From Rhodosorus marinus CCMP1338 (taxonomy: Eukaryota > Plantae > Rhodophyta), in the NCBI GenBank assembly GCA_029953675.1, contig JAMWBK010000001.1, positions 3,348,001 to 3,412,000 on the forward strand: a stretch of 64,000 nucleotides of DNA, read 5' to 3'. The position numbers and the translations under genes were made by a program. The notes below the pieces were generated by a model. That model was not told the DNA's origin. It saw only the letters and a program-made list of their open reading frames with translations, and did no database searches. Positions 49,042 to 60,833 of this stretch are shown here, piece by piece; the stretch's first letter is position 1, and each line of letters begins with the position of its first letter.

Positions 49042-49986
49042 CTTGTCCAAAAGTCTAAATCTTTGTCTGCTAGCTCCTCCCCAACCTGACCAGCCCAAGC
49101 CTAAAGCTCAACCAGCTTGTGTAGGTCTCCTGGATCGGGCCTGGTGGGTGCTGGCTAGGAGAAAGTGCGTGCAGGATAGAATGCAGGAAGAGCGTTTCTT
49201 TTTGGAATTATCGAAACCAGGCCACCCGTCCACAGGTCATCATTCGCACCGGGTTTGCTCTTCTCGTATTGAAAGCGTTTCCCAGCCAGCCATTGACCTG
49301 CAGCGCGAAAGCCACACCAGAAAACGGTGGGTCCCATAGAAGATGGGATTAGTCTCTATGGGATGATAAGTTCATTCAAAAAAAATGCTGAGACTGGATT
49401 ATGTTTCCTGTCCTTGTCCTGGCAAGGCTCGCATTGACCCGCTCAGCATCCTTCTCAAAGGCTTTGGACCAACGCACGTCCACAGCGTACCACCAAAATA
49501 AGCTCTGTTCTTTCTAGAAAATGACCACAGGTAGCTAATTATTACTAAATACAACTAATATAGGTGATATATCTTAATCAAATATCTTACAGCTCTAAAC
49601 TATATTGACCAACTATGTTTTCTTATACGTCTCGGTGCTCCTATTTTAAATTTATTCATTAGTATCTAACCAGTAATTGTCTACTTATGATCGTTTCCAA
49701 ACCTCTAGTGGCTTACAATATTTTCATAAACCAAAAATAAAAGCATCCGCGTCAGGAGCCTTGCTCTCTGCCAGTCGCCTTTACGGTAATTAATTATCGA
49801 TAATATAGTGCAAATATAATGAAAATTAGACAATATCGACCAGATACGACCATGTAAATCCGATAAGCACAAAAGGACCTTGTGCATTCAGTCGTTCTCA
49901 CATAATCAGCACTATATCATTGGATAAAATAGAATATTGATTGAATATCGACTGCGTTGGTGGATCAGAAACAATGGAATCGGTGG

Positions 49987-50125
49987 TAGGGGGAGTATCT
50001 GAGATGATTGGGAAACATTGGTCACCATGCGGTGTGGCCAGGCAGACCAGTTGTAGGGGGATTATCTGTTTGAGATGATTGGGAAACATTCGCCACCATG
50101 CGGTATGGCCAGGCAGACGAGTTGT
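49987..50125. repeat. two-copy ~70-nt tandem duplication between divergent genes
   Basis: tgagatgattgggaaacattggtcaccatgcggtgtggccaggcagaccagttgt (50000-50054) recurs at 50071-50125 with few substitutions. Both copies are preceded by taggggga.tatct. Confidence 0.92.
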
Positions 50126-50455
50126 CCTGACGGCATTTTGACAGTTGGGGGAGTGTGGAGTGTGGATAAGTCAGAGTATCATCAGCCATCGTATCTTGGC
50201 CGGAAAGAAAGTATCAATTTTCAACGGCGATGCGTGAGGAGAATTTTTGGTTTAGGTCTTAAGGGGATGTGCAGGGTTTGGGAAGGTGATAGGGTGTGGA
50301 GCTCGTGTGAGAAGTAGTTGGATACTTTCGTTAGGAAGGAGAGCGCGTCCTAATCTGAATAAAAACGGAAGTTCTGGTCAAGATCTCTGGAGGGTCGGGT
50401 TGGAATCGCCCTGGAGCGAATTTGGGGAGGGAGGGGGGGAAGGAGAGGGGGTAGG

Positions 50456-51268
50456 ATGAGGCTGCTAGGGAGATTGACGCAGTGTGCAGGACGAGGGGGT
50501 GAGAGAGGGCTCAGCTCTCTGTCTGAAGGTGGGAGTGGTGCGAGCTCGTACACGGCAAAGATTTCTCAGATTATCGACAGCGGACAGGCGAAGTACTTCA
50601 CTGTGCCTGAGGATAGAACTGTGTTCCAGGCGGTGAGGCAGATGGTTGACCACCATTGTGGTAGTTTAATTGTGAAGAACGAGAAGACGGGTTCAATGGT
50701 TGGAATTATTACAGAAAGAGATTACTTGACGAAGATCATTACAAAAGACAGGGCTTCGAAGACAACTCTAGTGAAGGAGGTGCGTGACCATCCCAAAAGG
50801 ATTCTTTCCTCCACATCCCTCGCTAAGCGCTTTTCGCATCGGAACGCAACTCTTCAATAGATTATGACGAAACACATCATTTCAGTGGATGCCTCAGCCA
50901 CCGTAGGAGAGTCCATGAAGATAATGGCAAGTCACAACATCAGGTGCGATTTTCACTATGACGCGTCTGCGAAGTATCCTGCAACGGACTAATCCAAAAT
51001 CCTTTCGTTTAGACATCTTCCAGTGCTCGAGAACAACCAGCTCGTAGGGGTAGTGTCCATGAGGGAACTCGTAAAAAAAGTAAGAATCTCCAAATACCGT
51101 ATCGGTCCGTTTGAGTCTGCTGAGTGGTGGAACAAATGTTGACAGCTCGTGGCTGCCCCTTATCAGGTCGCTGAATATCACGAGAAGCATATCTCGTATT
51201 TGATGGCTCAGATTCAGCGGATGGCAATAGCCGTGTCTCACGGCCCGGTTGGAAAACAATCTTCATAG
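50456..51268 (+). CDS. CBS-pair protein (CBSX3-like), probably mitochondrial, 4 exons
   Basis: TVFQAVRQMVDHHCGSLIV..MVGIITERDYL, IMTKHIISVDASATVGESMKIM, IR|HLPVLENNQLVGVVSMRELVKK. Three GT-AG introns; TAG at 51266-51268. Confidence 0.92.
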
Positions 51269-51568
51269 GTCGAGGAGGACTCGGTAGGGATCGTTCTGGA
51301 ACCAGGCAAGATCTAGTTTTCTCTTCTCGCCGAGGACCCGGAGGCCGATTCTGCAGGATGTAAATAGTTGCCAATATAAAAGTGAATCTATGGGGTAAAG
51401 CGTTCACGGTTACCCGTTTGGTTTCGAGAGTTCATCCGTCTGCAAGACGGTGCTTGAGTCCTGTGCTGAAAAGGTAGCTCGAGATGATTAGTTTTTCTTT
51501 AAATACAAGTACAGTGCGGATACGAGCATCACATTAGTCAAGTTGAATCGTTGGGGAAACCCAGCATT

Positions 51569-51844
51569 CTAATACATCGAAGTCTGATGATTCATGCTGG
51601 AGTCTGCGTGAATAACAGAGTCCATGTATCGAGCAAGCAATCTAGTTTCCAAATCCTGGGACTCATCCTCCACGTCGAAATACACAATCTCCCTGTTCTT
51701 CAGCGAACCTTTCACAACCTCATCATCCTCCAGCTTTCTGCAGAACCTCGGACTGCGGTAGTTTGTACCTCCTCGGAAATTGAACAACCCTGAGATACAC
51801 CTCTCGTTCGGTCGCCTTACAAGCCTATTTTCGTAGTCTTCCAT
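51569..51844 (-). CDS. small orphan protein (91 aa)
   Basis: ATG-started ORF with a TATATATATA run about 115 nt upstream (51957-51966) and a purine-rich leader like other genes here. Confidence 0.5.
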   Translation of the reverse strand: MEDYENRLVRRPNERCISGLFNFRGGTNYRSPRFCRKLEDDEVVKGSLKNREIVYFDVEDESQDLETRLLARYMDSVIHADSSMNHQTSMY

Positions 51845-53599
51845 CTTCCAGATAAACGTTCAAAAACATCACATACTCACATGCACATTCGCAACCCTCA
51901 GCTTCTCTTCACTCCTCACCTCCCTCACTTGCCTGTCCGCATCCTCACAGACCTGCTATATATATACCCTTCACGACTACCAACATATTCGCTAAGATAT
52001 TTGCAAAAGGTGCTTCTACAAAGCAACAAGGAAGCCAAGGAACCACGCCAATCTATTTCAGGTATTGCGGATATCCACAACTGTACTGTGGGATCACCCC
52101 GCTGCCTGACAACCACGGACTCTTGTCGGTGCGCCAATGCTAACCAAGTGTCATCCCATATTCAATCAAAACAAACAATTAAAAAATTAATAAACTACTT
52201 AAATTAAATATTATTGATAAAAGATTGAATAATAGAGGTGACACTTTAAAGATGTATCGCTCGCTCCCGCCCACGCTCAGCTGGAATCGAAAGCGGAATT
52301 CCTTTTTTAGTGCTTTACAACTTGAACGACCGACAAAAACCCGACAATAATAGGCTGTTATCCAAGATGACATAAAATCATAAACATTTCAAGAAATACG
52401 AATATGAACAGAAACGGCTCACTTAAACGCACCATCTTCCCTATAAATCTTGAAATATGAATATTATTAGTCTATAGTGTTCTAATTTTGAAACAGAAGA
52501 TGCTTAAATTGGTATATATATGGAACTTTATACTCGATTTATGCTGATTGAACGAGAAAGAGAAAGTTAATAAAAACTTTCTAATAAATCTATTTTTGGA
52601 AACCCAAAACGGGGGTGCCCCAATATCCGCATTTTTTGTTTTGTTTTATTGTATTCTGGTTTCCGGATGTTCTTCGTCCTCGGAGCGTGGGATCGAAGTG
52701 GATAGCTCGTTCCAACTTGCGACAAGGCGGTGGGGCCTTGTGTTACCCTGGATGATAACAAAACAAGACTACCTGAATTGAAGGGGGAGATCCTCGCACA
52801 GCCGGCCCAGCCGTCAACAGAGCAGCCCTAACATACCCATCAATACTCCCCAGAGGGGAGAGGGATGGAGTGGATTGTGATTGATTCAGTTCAACGCTCG
52901 TTGTTGAGAGAGATGTAATTCTGTTGTTTGTTTGGATTGCTCTACCATCTTCTTGATCATTCATTGAGAGCACCACTCCAGCCTGGAGAAAACGTTTAAG
53001 ATATGAAAGCAGACTGAAGGCTGCTTTTCGAGAAACAGCGACTGGAAGTACCTAAAACCCAACCCTGTTGGGTTGGAGAGTGCCTGGTGGAGTAGTCGAC
53101 ATTACTGTTCTGACATATTTTTTCCCCCCTTGGGGATTGTAGTAATTGTCTTCTTTGTGTACAGTGTTCGTCTCCCATTCATTTTGACTTCCACTGCGTT
53201 TGAGGGGCTGGTTAATGGGTTTGGAAACTTGATTACAGCTAAAAACAGCTCACTTCCACTTCCGTACCAAGATCTTGTACGGAATAAAAACCAAAAGCCC
53301 AGGACCCCTCTGCATAAAGTGTTCCGTCGCTTGGTGATGGGTTTGCAGCTTGCAAACAAGGAAGCGAACCCCGCACTTGTGCAGTGATAATGACAAGACC
53401 CACACCATGGTTTGGGAACGTTCTCCTCTCCTTCCTTGCCAGAACGTTTTTATGTTGGAGCGACCGCAACTCCAAATCGAAACTCCGTGAGTCCACGTCT
53501 CTGGCTTTCTATCTGGGGTTCTGATGAATTCTCCGTCTTTGAATTGAACGGCGTGTTTCTTTGATGGATTCCGGCTTCCAGCATGGCAACCGCCTGTAT

Positions 53600-54456
53600 G
53601 CAATCATTCGCGCCATATGCTAATGGGTATTCTCATAATTCCTTTCAACTGAAAAGCTATTATTAAAGGAACTGGTGTCATCGTTGTGGTCTCCAGCAAC
53701 AATCTACTGGAGATCAAACGCTCAGAATCCCGTGCTTGAATCCACCACGAAGCTAGACTTGGACATGCACTCGTGGTGTCCCTCTTCTTTTCCACGAGTT
53801 ACCGAGTGGGAAGGGAAGTCCTTTCGATTAAAGAAGATTGATAAGGATGAATTTGTTTCCTCATGTTTCTCTTTTGTAAACTCGGATTCCAGCAATCGAA
53901 CTATGTACTACTTGTTATTCATAGAGAGCGACGTTGATCGAGGAGTTCCTCTTGATTGTACTCTACTTGGGCAAGGGTTTCTCGCTGATGAGACTGTTGG
54001 CCGGGTAGATCTTTTGAAAAAAACTGGAATTGGCAAAAGGAAGATCAGGAAATCGCCAGCCAGCTCCAGGAGGAACAACAATGAGACAGGTGCTTTCTTG
54101 ATCACCCTGGTTCACTCGAAACGTCCTTACGCAGATCTCAGAACAGTGAGAACCGCCGTTCCCAAAACCCTCAGTTCTTCCTCACTACAATTCGCGTTCA
54201 TCGTCCTAAAAATCGCCACGCAGGACAACAATACCTCTCTCAGCCGACGAACTTCCCCGCCCAACCTACCCAAGGCAAGCCTCTCTTCCAAAACAAGCTC
54301 AGACTCACCACCACCTTCTTCAAACGGTGGATCAGGTCGCTCTGGCTCTCCCACGTCTTCGCAAAAAGAATCCATGCCTTTCATCCTCTCTCCAAGAGGA
54401 AATACCTCTTGTCCCCCTCGTTCCCTTCCCACCAACCGCAGGAGCACCCCGCCCAA
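53600..54456 (-). CDS. hypothetical multi-exon protein (acidic/helical N-terminus)
   Basis: ORF 54127-54456 ends at a GC|gtaagg donor-like site, and a purine-rich start matches other genes. Downstream exons are unresolved. Confidence 0.35.
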
Positions 54457-54483
54457 ACCAGACTTGGGTACCTAGTGGTCCCC

Positions 54484-54715
54484 GGGGTCTTCAGCTTCTC
54501 AGGCTCTGGGGTTCTCAGTTTCTTCAGGTTCCCAGTGCGTCTAGCTCCTCGGGGTCTTCAGGATCTCAGGATCTCAGGACATCTAGCTCTTCGGGGTCTT
54601 CAGGATCTCAGGATCTCAGGATCTCAGGACATCTAGCTCTTCGCGGTCTTCAGATTCAGGTTCTCAGGCTCTCAGATTCCCCGCCTCTCAGACTCCATAG
54701 GCTCTCCTAGGTCAT
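54484..54715. repeat. nested minisatellite: 26-nt core plus variable number of 8-nt TCAGGATC units
   Basis: tctagctc starts recur at about 54541, 54583 and 54633 (periods 42 and 50). CTCAG occurs ten times in 54498-54691 and the flanks are degenerate. Confidence 0.9.
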
Positions 54716-54764
54716 CAGATTGTAAAACGATTGTTGACGAAATGCGTTTGACCAGTCTGAGGTT

Positions 54765-56573
54765 CTACAGACTTGAGAAGCGCATGAGTGGATCCAACGC
54801 CCCAAACACCAAAGTCTCGCTCCTTCTGCGGGGAAGAGTGACTGGATACCTTTCAGGCTTCCGAAGAAATTTCGGGTTTGGGTTGCGACAACTTTTGTAA
54901 TATTTCTCTACATGCAGTAAACACCTAATGAATCGGAGCTCTGAAGCCCTCAGGTCGTATGGTTGGTGGACTGTTGAAGACATCCGTTGGCCTGTCCAGG
55001 GAAAAATTCTTGAGACGTGAACCGGATTCTTGAACAACCAGTTCAGCAACCTTATACGGCCTGAGACCCGGAGAGTAGTGATCTTTCTTCTAACGTATCA
55101 GGATCCTTTTTGAAAATATGGAAGATGGAAACGACCTCGGTCCCAATGAAGCAGATGATGATAATGGTGCATCTGTTGTCGTTGACTGGCTTTTGGAGAA
55201 TTCCCTCTCCCACCTTCAACTTTGGACTTGAAATCGAGAAGACTCTGTGCGCGAGGAGCCGACTCCGGTGATAAGGGTCTGCCCGTGCTCGTACGGCGGG
55301 CGCTGAACACATCCGACGAGTTGAGGAAGACGTTCTGCGGGAAAGTCATAGCAAAAATTCTTCTGAGCTATAGAGTAGTAACTTCATCCAGAGCAAGCGC
55401 AGGAGTGGTGGTAGTTTGGGGATTACCAGTTCGGGTTCCTTCGCTATTGGCACCGTCCGCATTCTCGCACGAATGCTCTGGAACTGGAAAGCACGCAATG
55501 AGAAGCCAGCAATTTAGTTCAACGTCCCGAATGAGTGTGTCGTTTTACCGGGAACACGCTTACACTTTCATAGCTTCCGCGTTCCTTCCAGGCCAGCTCA
55601 TCTATAGCAGTTTGATCGTCTCGCGGTAACTTTCCATAGGCAGGGACAAGGCTCTCCTGAAAGACGACAGTTTGTAACGCAGTTTGAGTCCCTCTTGCGC
55701 CCGGCGTCCTTCTTTGACCCACGCTAAGCTTGTCTACTTACATGCTCCGCAGGCAGGGGTATCTGCAGCAACTCGTTTTCATCCAAGTCGATGAGCTCAA
55801 TCTTCTCAGGCCGGACCAAGAATTCTCCGAGATACGGTACTGTGAACTCCGCTTCTGTCCTCTTTCGTCGAAGGCCCGAACCATCCGAACTTTCTCGGCC
55901 GCTGACCTACCCAAGGGGAATAGCGGGAACGTTTATCTCAAGTCAGACACAGCACAAGGTTCTACTCTTCCGCTAAAGCGAACTCGTCAACTCACGTGCA
56001 TCGAGCCAGGGACCCACAACAGCAAACTTCCCAGAATGAACTACATCAAAATCACACTCTAGACTGAGCAAACTCGAACTACTAAAGTCCAGAAAAGAGG
56101 GCTAGAAGCTCTCCTTCCAGAGAAAATTAATAGCATCCTTTATTTTCCACAAGCCCGTCCACGTTCCTTCCTAAAGCAGGCGCCAATACCCGTTTGCACC
56201 ATCCCTTGGGACGCCATTGACCTACCGATCTCCTGGACTTGAGATTTACCGGGGCTGACAGTTCGAAATGTTTGGGTTTCAGGGTTGAGAGGGATCGGTT
56301 GGTCGTCGAATCCTTCGCGAAGATTTCTACGCCAAATCATCTCTTGATCGGTGCACTCGCTGGGTGCCTAGGGTTTGTTTAGGTCGTTGATCAGTGGGTT
56401 GTTTCAGTCGTCTTAATCTGGGTAATTTTTTCTGAGCTTACTTGGGTAGCCGAGTGATGACTCTCGTCAAGGGAATGAGGCAACCGAGAACGGCCTTGAT
56501 GATCTGCCGCTACTTTTCCATTTGTCTTCGGAAGTATTATACATGAAGCGTTTTCTGAATGAGATTTGTTCAC
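54765..56573 (-). CDS. hypothetical multi-exon gene (unresolved)
   Basis: Exon-like minus-strand segments with gtaagt/gtgagt/gtaagc donors, e.g. EFTVPYLGEFLVRPEKIELIDLDENELLQIPLPAEH|gtaagt. No domain recognised. Confidence 0.35.
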
Positions 56574-56659
56574 AGATTATATTTCTGTCGCGTACGGAAG
56601 ATAGATTCATAGGAGGCGGGTAGATGCGGTGGTGTAGATGAGTGTCTCTTGCGACTGAT

Positions 56660-58899
56660 TTAGAAGTTGTCTCCTGCCGTAATTTTGATTTCTGCGAAAG
56701 GTTCTGCTTGGTGAATCTGGACGAAGCTAAGTTATGGTACGAGGAGCGTGTGTATTTAGCTGTACACCGCCGATAGTGTGACGCGCATGCAGATTTAGTG
56801 TTCAGACTCACTTGTTTCCGGCTAGAACGAGTACTTGATAGAACATTCTAGCCGTTGTTCCCCTGGAGCAGCTCTCGGTTATCTCGTCAAACTGTGGGGG
56901 TGAAAGAAGTCCATGAGTCCGAAGCGGGTGAGATTTCAGAGCGCGAACTGGACTGTTTCTGTCTTCAGCTCGAGCTTAGTTTTGTTATCGTGCTTGCTTT
57001 TGTTCTTACAGTGCACGTGAAGTCTTTATTCTCCGTCATCTCGTCGCCCTTTGTTCTCCTGAGGAGCTTCAGCATCTTGAACCTTTTCGAAGAATGGGAG
57101 CGGCGGGTTGGGGGTGGGGGCTAAGCTGCGCTAGTACATGACCGAAAAGCGTTGACAGATGTATGAACCTACGATTTCACGTCAAGCTTTTCAAATGGCC
57201 CCGGTCCCTCCTGAAGGTCAATAGGATCTGGAAGTTCCTCGTCAGGGAGAATGGACTGATGCGGGCCAGTAATATCTTGCTGTCCGTGTTCTTGACTGCC
57301 AAGTCCTGGTTCAGCTGAATACATCAACGGCGTCTCTTGCCCACCGGTCCCCAAGGATGTCGGTCGCATCGAGGATCCTGGAGTTCAGAACGCAGAGGAA
57401 CAAACAGGGTTTAGACTGCTCCCCAAGTGCTCTTTAGTTGGGCAAGCTCGTACCCTCTATGGACTGGAAATCTGCAGCCGGCGAATCTATTGTCAACCGC
57501 CGGGCCTGAGCGAACTCTGCCCGGTCCATTTCGGTGATCTGTCGAGAAAGGGATCTTCAGTAAGCTGATGCAGCTACTCGAGCTATCGTAGAATTTGGCT
57601 TCAATGTTGACAATACCCTGCGGTGGGGTCATACCTCCTCAAATTGAGCATCCCTCGCTCTTTCGAGCTCCACACTGGAGCTGTGGTGACTTCCGTCGCG
57701 GGTCGTATGTGGCTGTGCGGGAGGAGGCATCGCGCCCTGAACGAGTCTCTGAAACTTGGTTTCCAGCATTTCCTGCAGCTTCGGCCGCATCCGATACAAT
57801 TCTTGATTTCGTACGTAGAGAGTGGGGTGATTCCACAACTTCAAAGCTCCGTTTTCGAACGAGGGCTGTTCTCTGCAGACAATCAACCTCAACCCAGTTC
57901 AGAACACGCCACTGCCTGCAGAAAACGTGGGAAACTACTTCGCAGTTCGAACCTCGTCTTCCTTCCTACAATATCGCTGGTGTTTTCGAGGCACGCTCGT
58001 CTGAACTCGCGGCCGAGCTCAGTCTCGGTATCCACCCGACTCTCATCGGATAGACGCCGCTTCCTCGTCGATCTTGAGCTCTGCGGCGATACAGTTTGGG
58101 CTCGGGGCTCGTCAGTCCTGGATTGAACTCTCCCATCTTGTGCAGTGGCGGTGGGTTGAATATCGGCTTGCAAGGGCACAGTGGGGTGGATGGACCCCTC
58201 TGGATCCCCTTGCGGAAGCAAAAGCTGTTGTTCCCCGACTGGAGGATCTCCGAAGAATAGAGACTCAGAACCGAGTGAAGGCTCAATGTAGCCTTCCGTG
58301 GGTGGCAACAGTCTCCTTAAAACATCTCCAGGCTCTGTCGAGATATCCATTAAGTCGTCATGATGGCTTATTCCTGGAGACAGCGTGATGTCCATGACAT
58401 CCGCTTGAAATGATCTCGCAGGGGATATTCCAAGCAAAGAAGGGCCATCAGCGTTGTGGCTTGGTGTTCCTTGCAGAAGACTCTCTGCAGCAGTTGCATG
58501 CTGATAGGAAAGACGCAGGTTCAGGTCTAAATTGAGTTGATTTTGCTGGTCCATGTTTACAACGGTAATGCTCTCGAATCTGGCGTTCGCATCGACGAGT
58601 GGCAAATCAATTTCTGCTGCCGATTTGGAGTTGAACATTTGAATCGTGGACATCAAATCCGTCACGTCGGACAAGATAATAGTACACTTCTTCACGAAAA
58701 CCCTGCACACTCCCACCATGAGCTGAGCGGATAGCCTCAGGGCCAATGGAGCACGTGGCTGAACAATGTGAGTGCATATGTTCTCGATAGGAGCTTTCAG
58801 AGCGAACCCTTTCTTGATCTTGTCCTTTCCAAGCGTCGCGGCCGTCCAGATCTCAGCAAGCGGGCCCCTTCTCGTCAAGATTTCGCTCGAGTAGAACAT
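56660..58899 (-). CDS. REC8: Rad21/Rec8 kleisin, REC8 (meiotic) type, multi-exon
   Basis: N-terminal MFYSSEILTRRGPLAEIWTAATLG..PLALRLSAQLMVGVCRVF; AATL rather than Rad21-type AAHW. Central RKRRLSDESRVDTETEL..LENTSDIV. C-terminal winged helix SCSRGTTARMFYQVLVLAGN|KIHQAEPFAEIKITAG ends TAA at 56660-56662. Confidence 0.88.
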
Positions 58900-59134
58900 A
58901 CTTCAAAGCTCTAAGAAAGAAAGCCTAGATGGGTGGAACTGCCGAGACTTCTCAACAGACCCAACTCTTAATCTCAGCAACAAGGAGACTCTCGGGCTTC
59001 AAAAACGACGTGTCTGTAATGACAACCACCTGAAAAAATGAATACAAATGGCTCTCGATGTTTTCTATCTTACGATTCTTCCTATCCGACGTCTCGCTTC
59101 CCTCCCCCCCTCCCCGCCCTCTAAACAAGCCGAG

Positions 59135-59340
59135 CCTTATATAGTCCATACCAGTAAGTCTCACGTCATGACGTAAAACTCCCAAGGAGAACTATAAGTC
59201 AAAAACAAGTCTCACGTCATGACGAGAAACTCTCTCCGGATTTAAAAATCCTCTCTGGACGTAAGACTCTTAAACTGGACTTTCGGTTCAGAGTCTCACA
59301 TCATGACGTGCAACACCGTCCAGAGTCTCGCGTCATTCGA
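59135..59340 (-). promoter_or_regulatory. putative REC8 promoter: TATA box plus clustered RAGTCTCACGTCATGACG motifs
   Basis: CTATATAAGG on minus strand (59135-59144). Motif copies at 59156-73, 59207-24, 59291-308 and 59323-40, with an inverted partial copy at 59258-70. Confidence 0.65.
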
Positions 59341-60023
59341 AAAGCTCGCCCTGCTGACACCTTCACAAAAATACTCAAATACGATTTGAGTGGTTAAATG
59401 ATTTTCCATGTTAATATAATTGGAATACTATAAGACTATATATTTTGATTGGATCCCTTCGGAATAAGAATGACCTTAATTCGATAAATAAGGATCATCT
59501 TTTTTGTTTATTTTATAACATTGTTATATGAAGGCGTCACTTAAGTGGGAAGTCTCACGGCGATCGAGATAGGGAGCGGCAGCTACTCAATGGAGTGGTC
59601 TAGCTCTTGACTTGAGCCATTGGAGGCGATCTGGAACATTTCAAGACGTTTGTAACAAGCCAATAGTGTCAGCTGCTGTTGATATTGCGTGGTTTCCTTA
59701 TGTGCTGGAAAGAAATTCTTTTGAAGTACGGGTTTTGAGGTTTTTTGGTTTTTGACCAAAAGCAGGAGTGAAAAGCGATCCGCAAAGGTCGACATGGTCC
59801 CGAGAGTGTCTTAGTGTCTTCAACAAAGTGCAGCATATTACGTTTATGGATAATATAATATTCACTGTCTCGGAGCTCTCCCCTATGAAAAAGGATCGGT
59901 TCTAATGAGTGAGGTGGGTCGTGCGCGCCCTTGGTTCGACGGCATGCGTTAACACATCAGTGCTATTCAGAACACGCAACCCGGTTTTTTCTTTCCTAGG
60001 AGTTCCAGAACATGTGCGGTACT

Positions 60024-60833
60024 CTACAAGAGGTGCTGGTCTTGAATCCAGAGTTTTGCCTCTTCAAAATCTTGACAAACTGCAATCCCCTTTTCTCTCC
60101 ACGTCTTCGCGTCTGGCGAATTGAACCGATCAATCAGGAGTGCACGGAACCCAACGCTCCGAGCACCGTAGTAGTCCTTCTTCAAAGAATCACCTATGTG
60201 AAGAATTCTGGAAGGATTCTCCTCTCCGGCACAGCGGGCGGCAACCTGGAAGATCTTCGGATCCGGCTTTTCGACGCCAACGTTCTTTGAAAATACAGTG
60301 AAGTCGATTGCCTCATCGAAACCAAACATGGGAAGAATTCCGTCACCGTATCGCTCAGTCTCATTGGAAACGATACCCAGCTTAATATTCCTCTCCTTGA
60401 TCCAGTTCATGAAAGGGAGCGAGTCATCGAACGCTTGATACGCTCTTGTTGACCCGAACGCAGAGTAGATCCTTTGAAAAATCTGCTCAAACGTTGTGGG
60501 CGGATAGTGGTAGCCTCCGTACTCAAAGGACATGAACACGCATCGTCTCCACCACTCCTTGGTTGGCATTGTATTATGTCCAAAACAAGGGTACTTCTCG
60601 CACATTTCTTGGTACGATCTCTTGAACCCATTGTAAACCTTTGTGTAGTCCGGGCACTCCTCCCCACATCTTCTCGCCGCAAGGCAGTAGATATCCCCAA
60701 GCTCTCCTTTGAACTGGATGATGGTCCCGGTGACATCCAGAGTCACGGTGCTCAACTTAGACTTCAGAACTTGTTCGCCCGGAATACGAGGAGCTACTCC
60801 TCGAGCCACACGAGATACCAAACTCGCGGCCAT
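60024..60833 (-). CDS. HDHD3: HAD-superfamily hydrolase, HDHD3/REG-2-like, intronless, likely mitochondrial
   Basis: Motif I TVTLDVTGT, motif II GIVSN, motif III EKPDPKIF, motif IV LHIGDSLKKDYYGA. Arg-rich N-terminal presequence. Confidence 0.92.
   Translation of the reverse strand: MAASLVSRVARGVAPRIPGEQVLKSKLSTVTLDVTGTIIQFKGELGDIYCLAARRCGEECPDYTKVYNGFKRSYQEMCEKYPCFGHNTMPTKEWWRRCVFMSFEYGGYHYPPTTFEQIFQRIYSAFGSTRAYQAFDDSLPFMNWIKERNIKLGIVSNETERYGDGILPMFGFDEAIDFTVFSKNVGVEKPDPKIFQVAARCAGEENPSRILHIGDSLKKDYYGARSVGFRALLIDRFNSPDAKTWREKGIAVCQDFEEAKLWIQDQHLL

Noticed and set aside
56454-56558. Ordered C (GTGATGA), D' (ATGA), C' (TTGATGA), D (CTGA) boxes
   Set aside because: There is no terminal stem and no recognisable rRNA antisense element, and the region appears to be antisense to a minus-strand exon with a gtaagc donor.
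59156-59340. Repeat-spacer appearance resembling a mini CRISPR array
   Set aside because: The context is eukaryotic, spacing is irregular, repeats are short and include an inverted copy, and there are no cas genes; a promoter motif cluster fits better.
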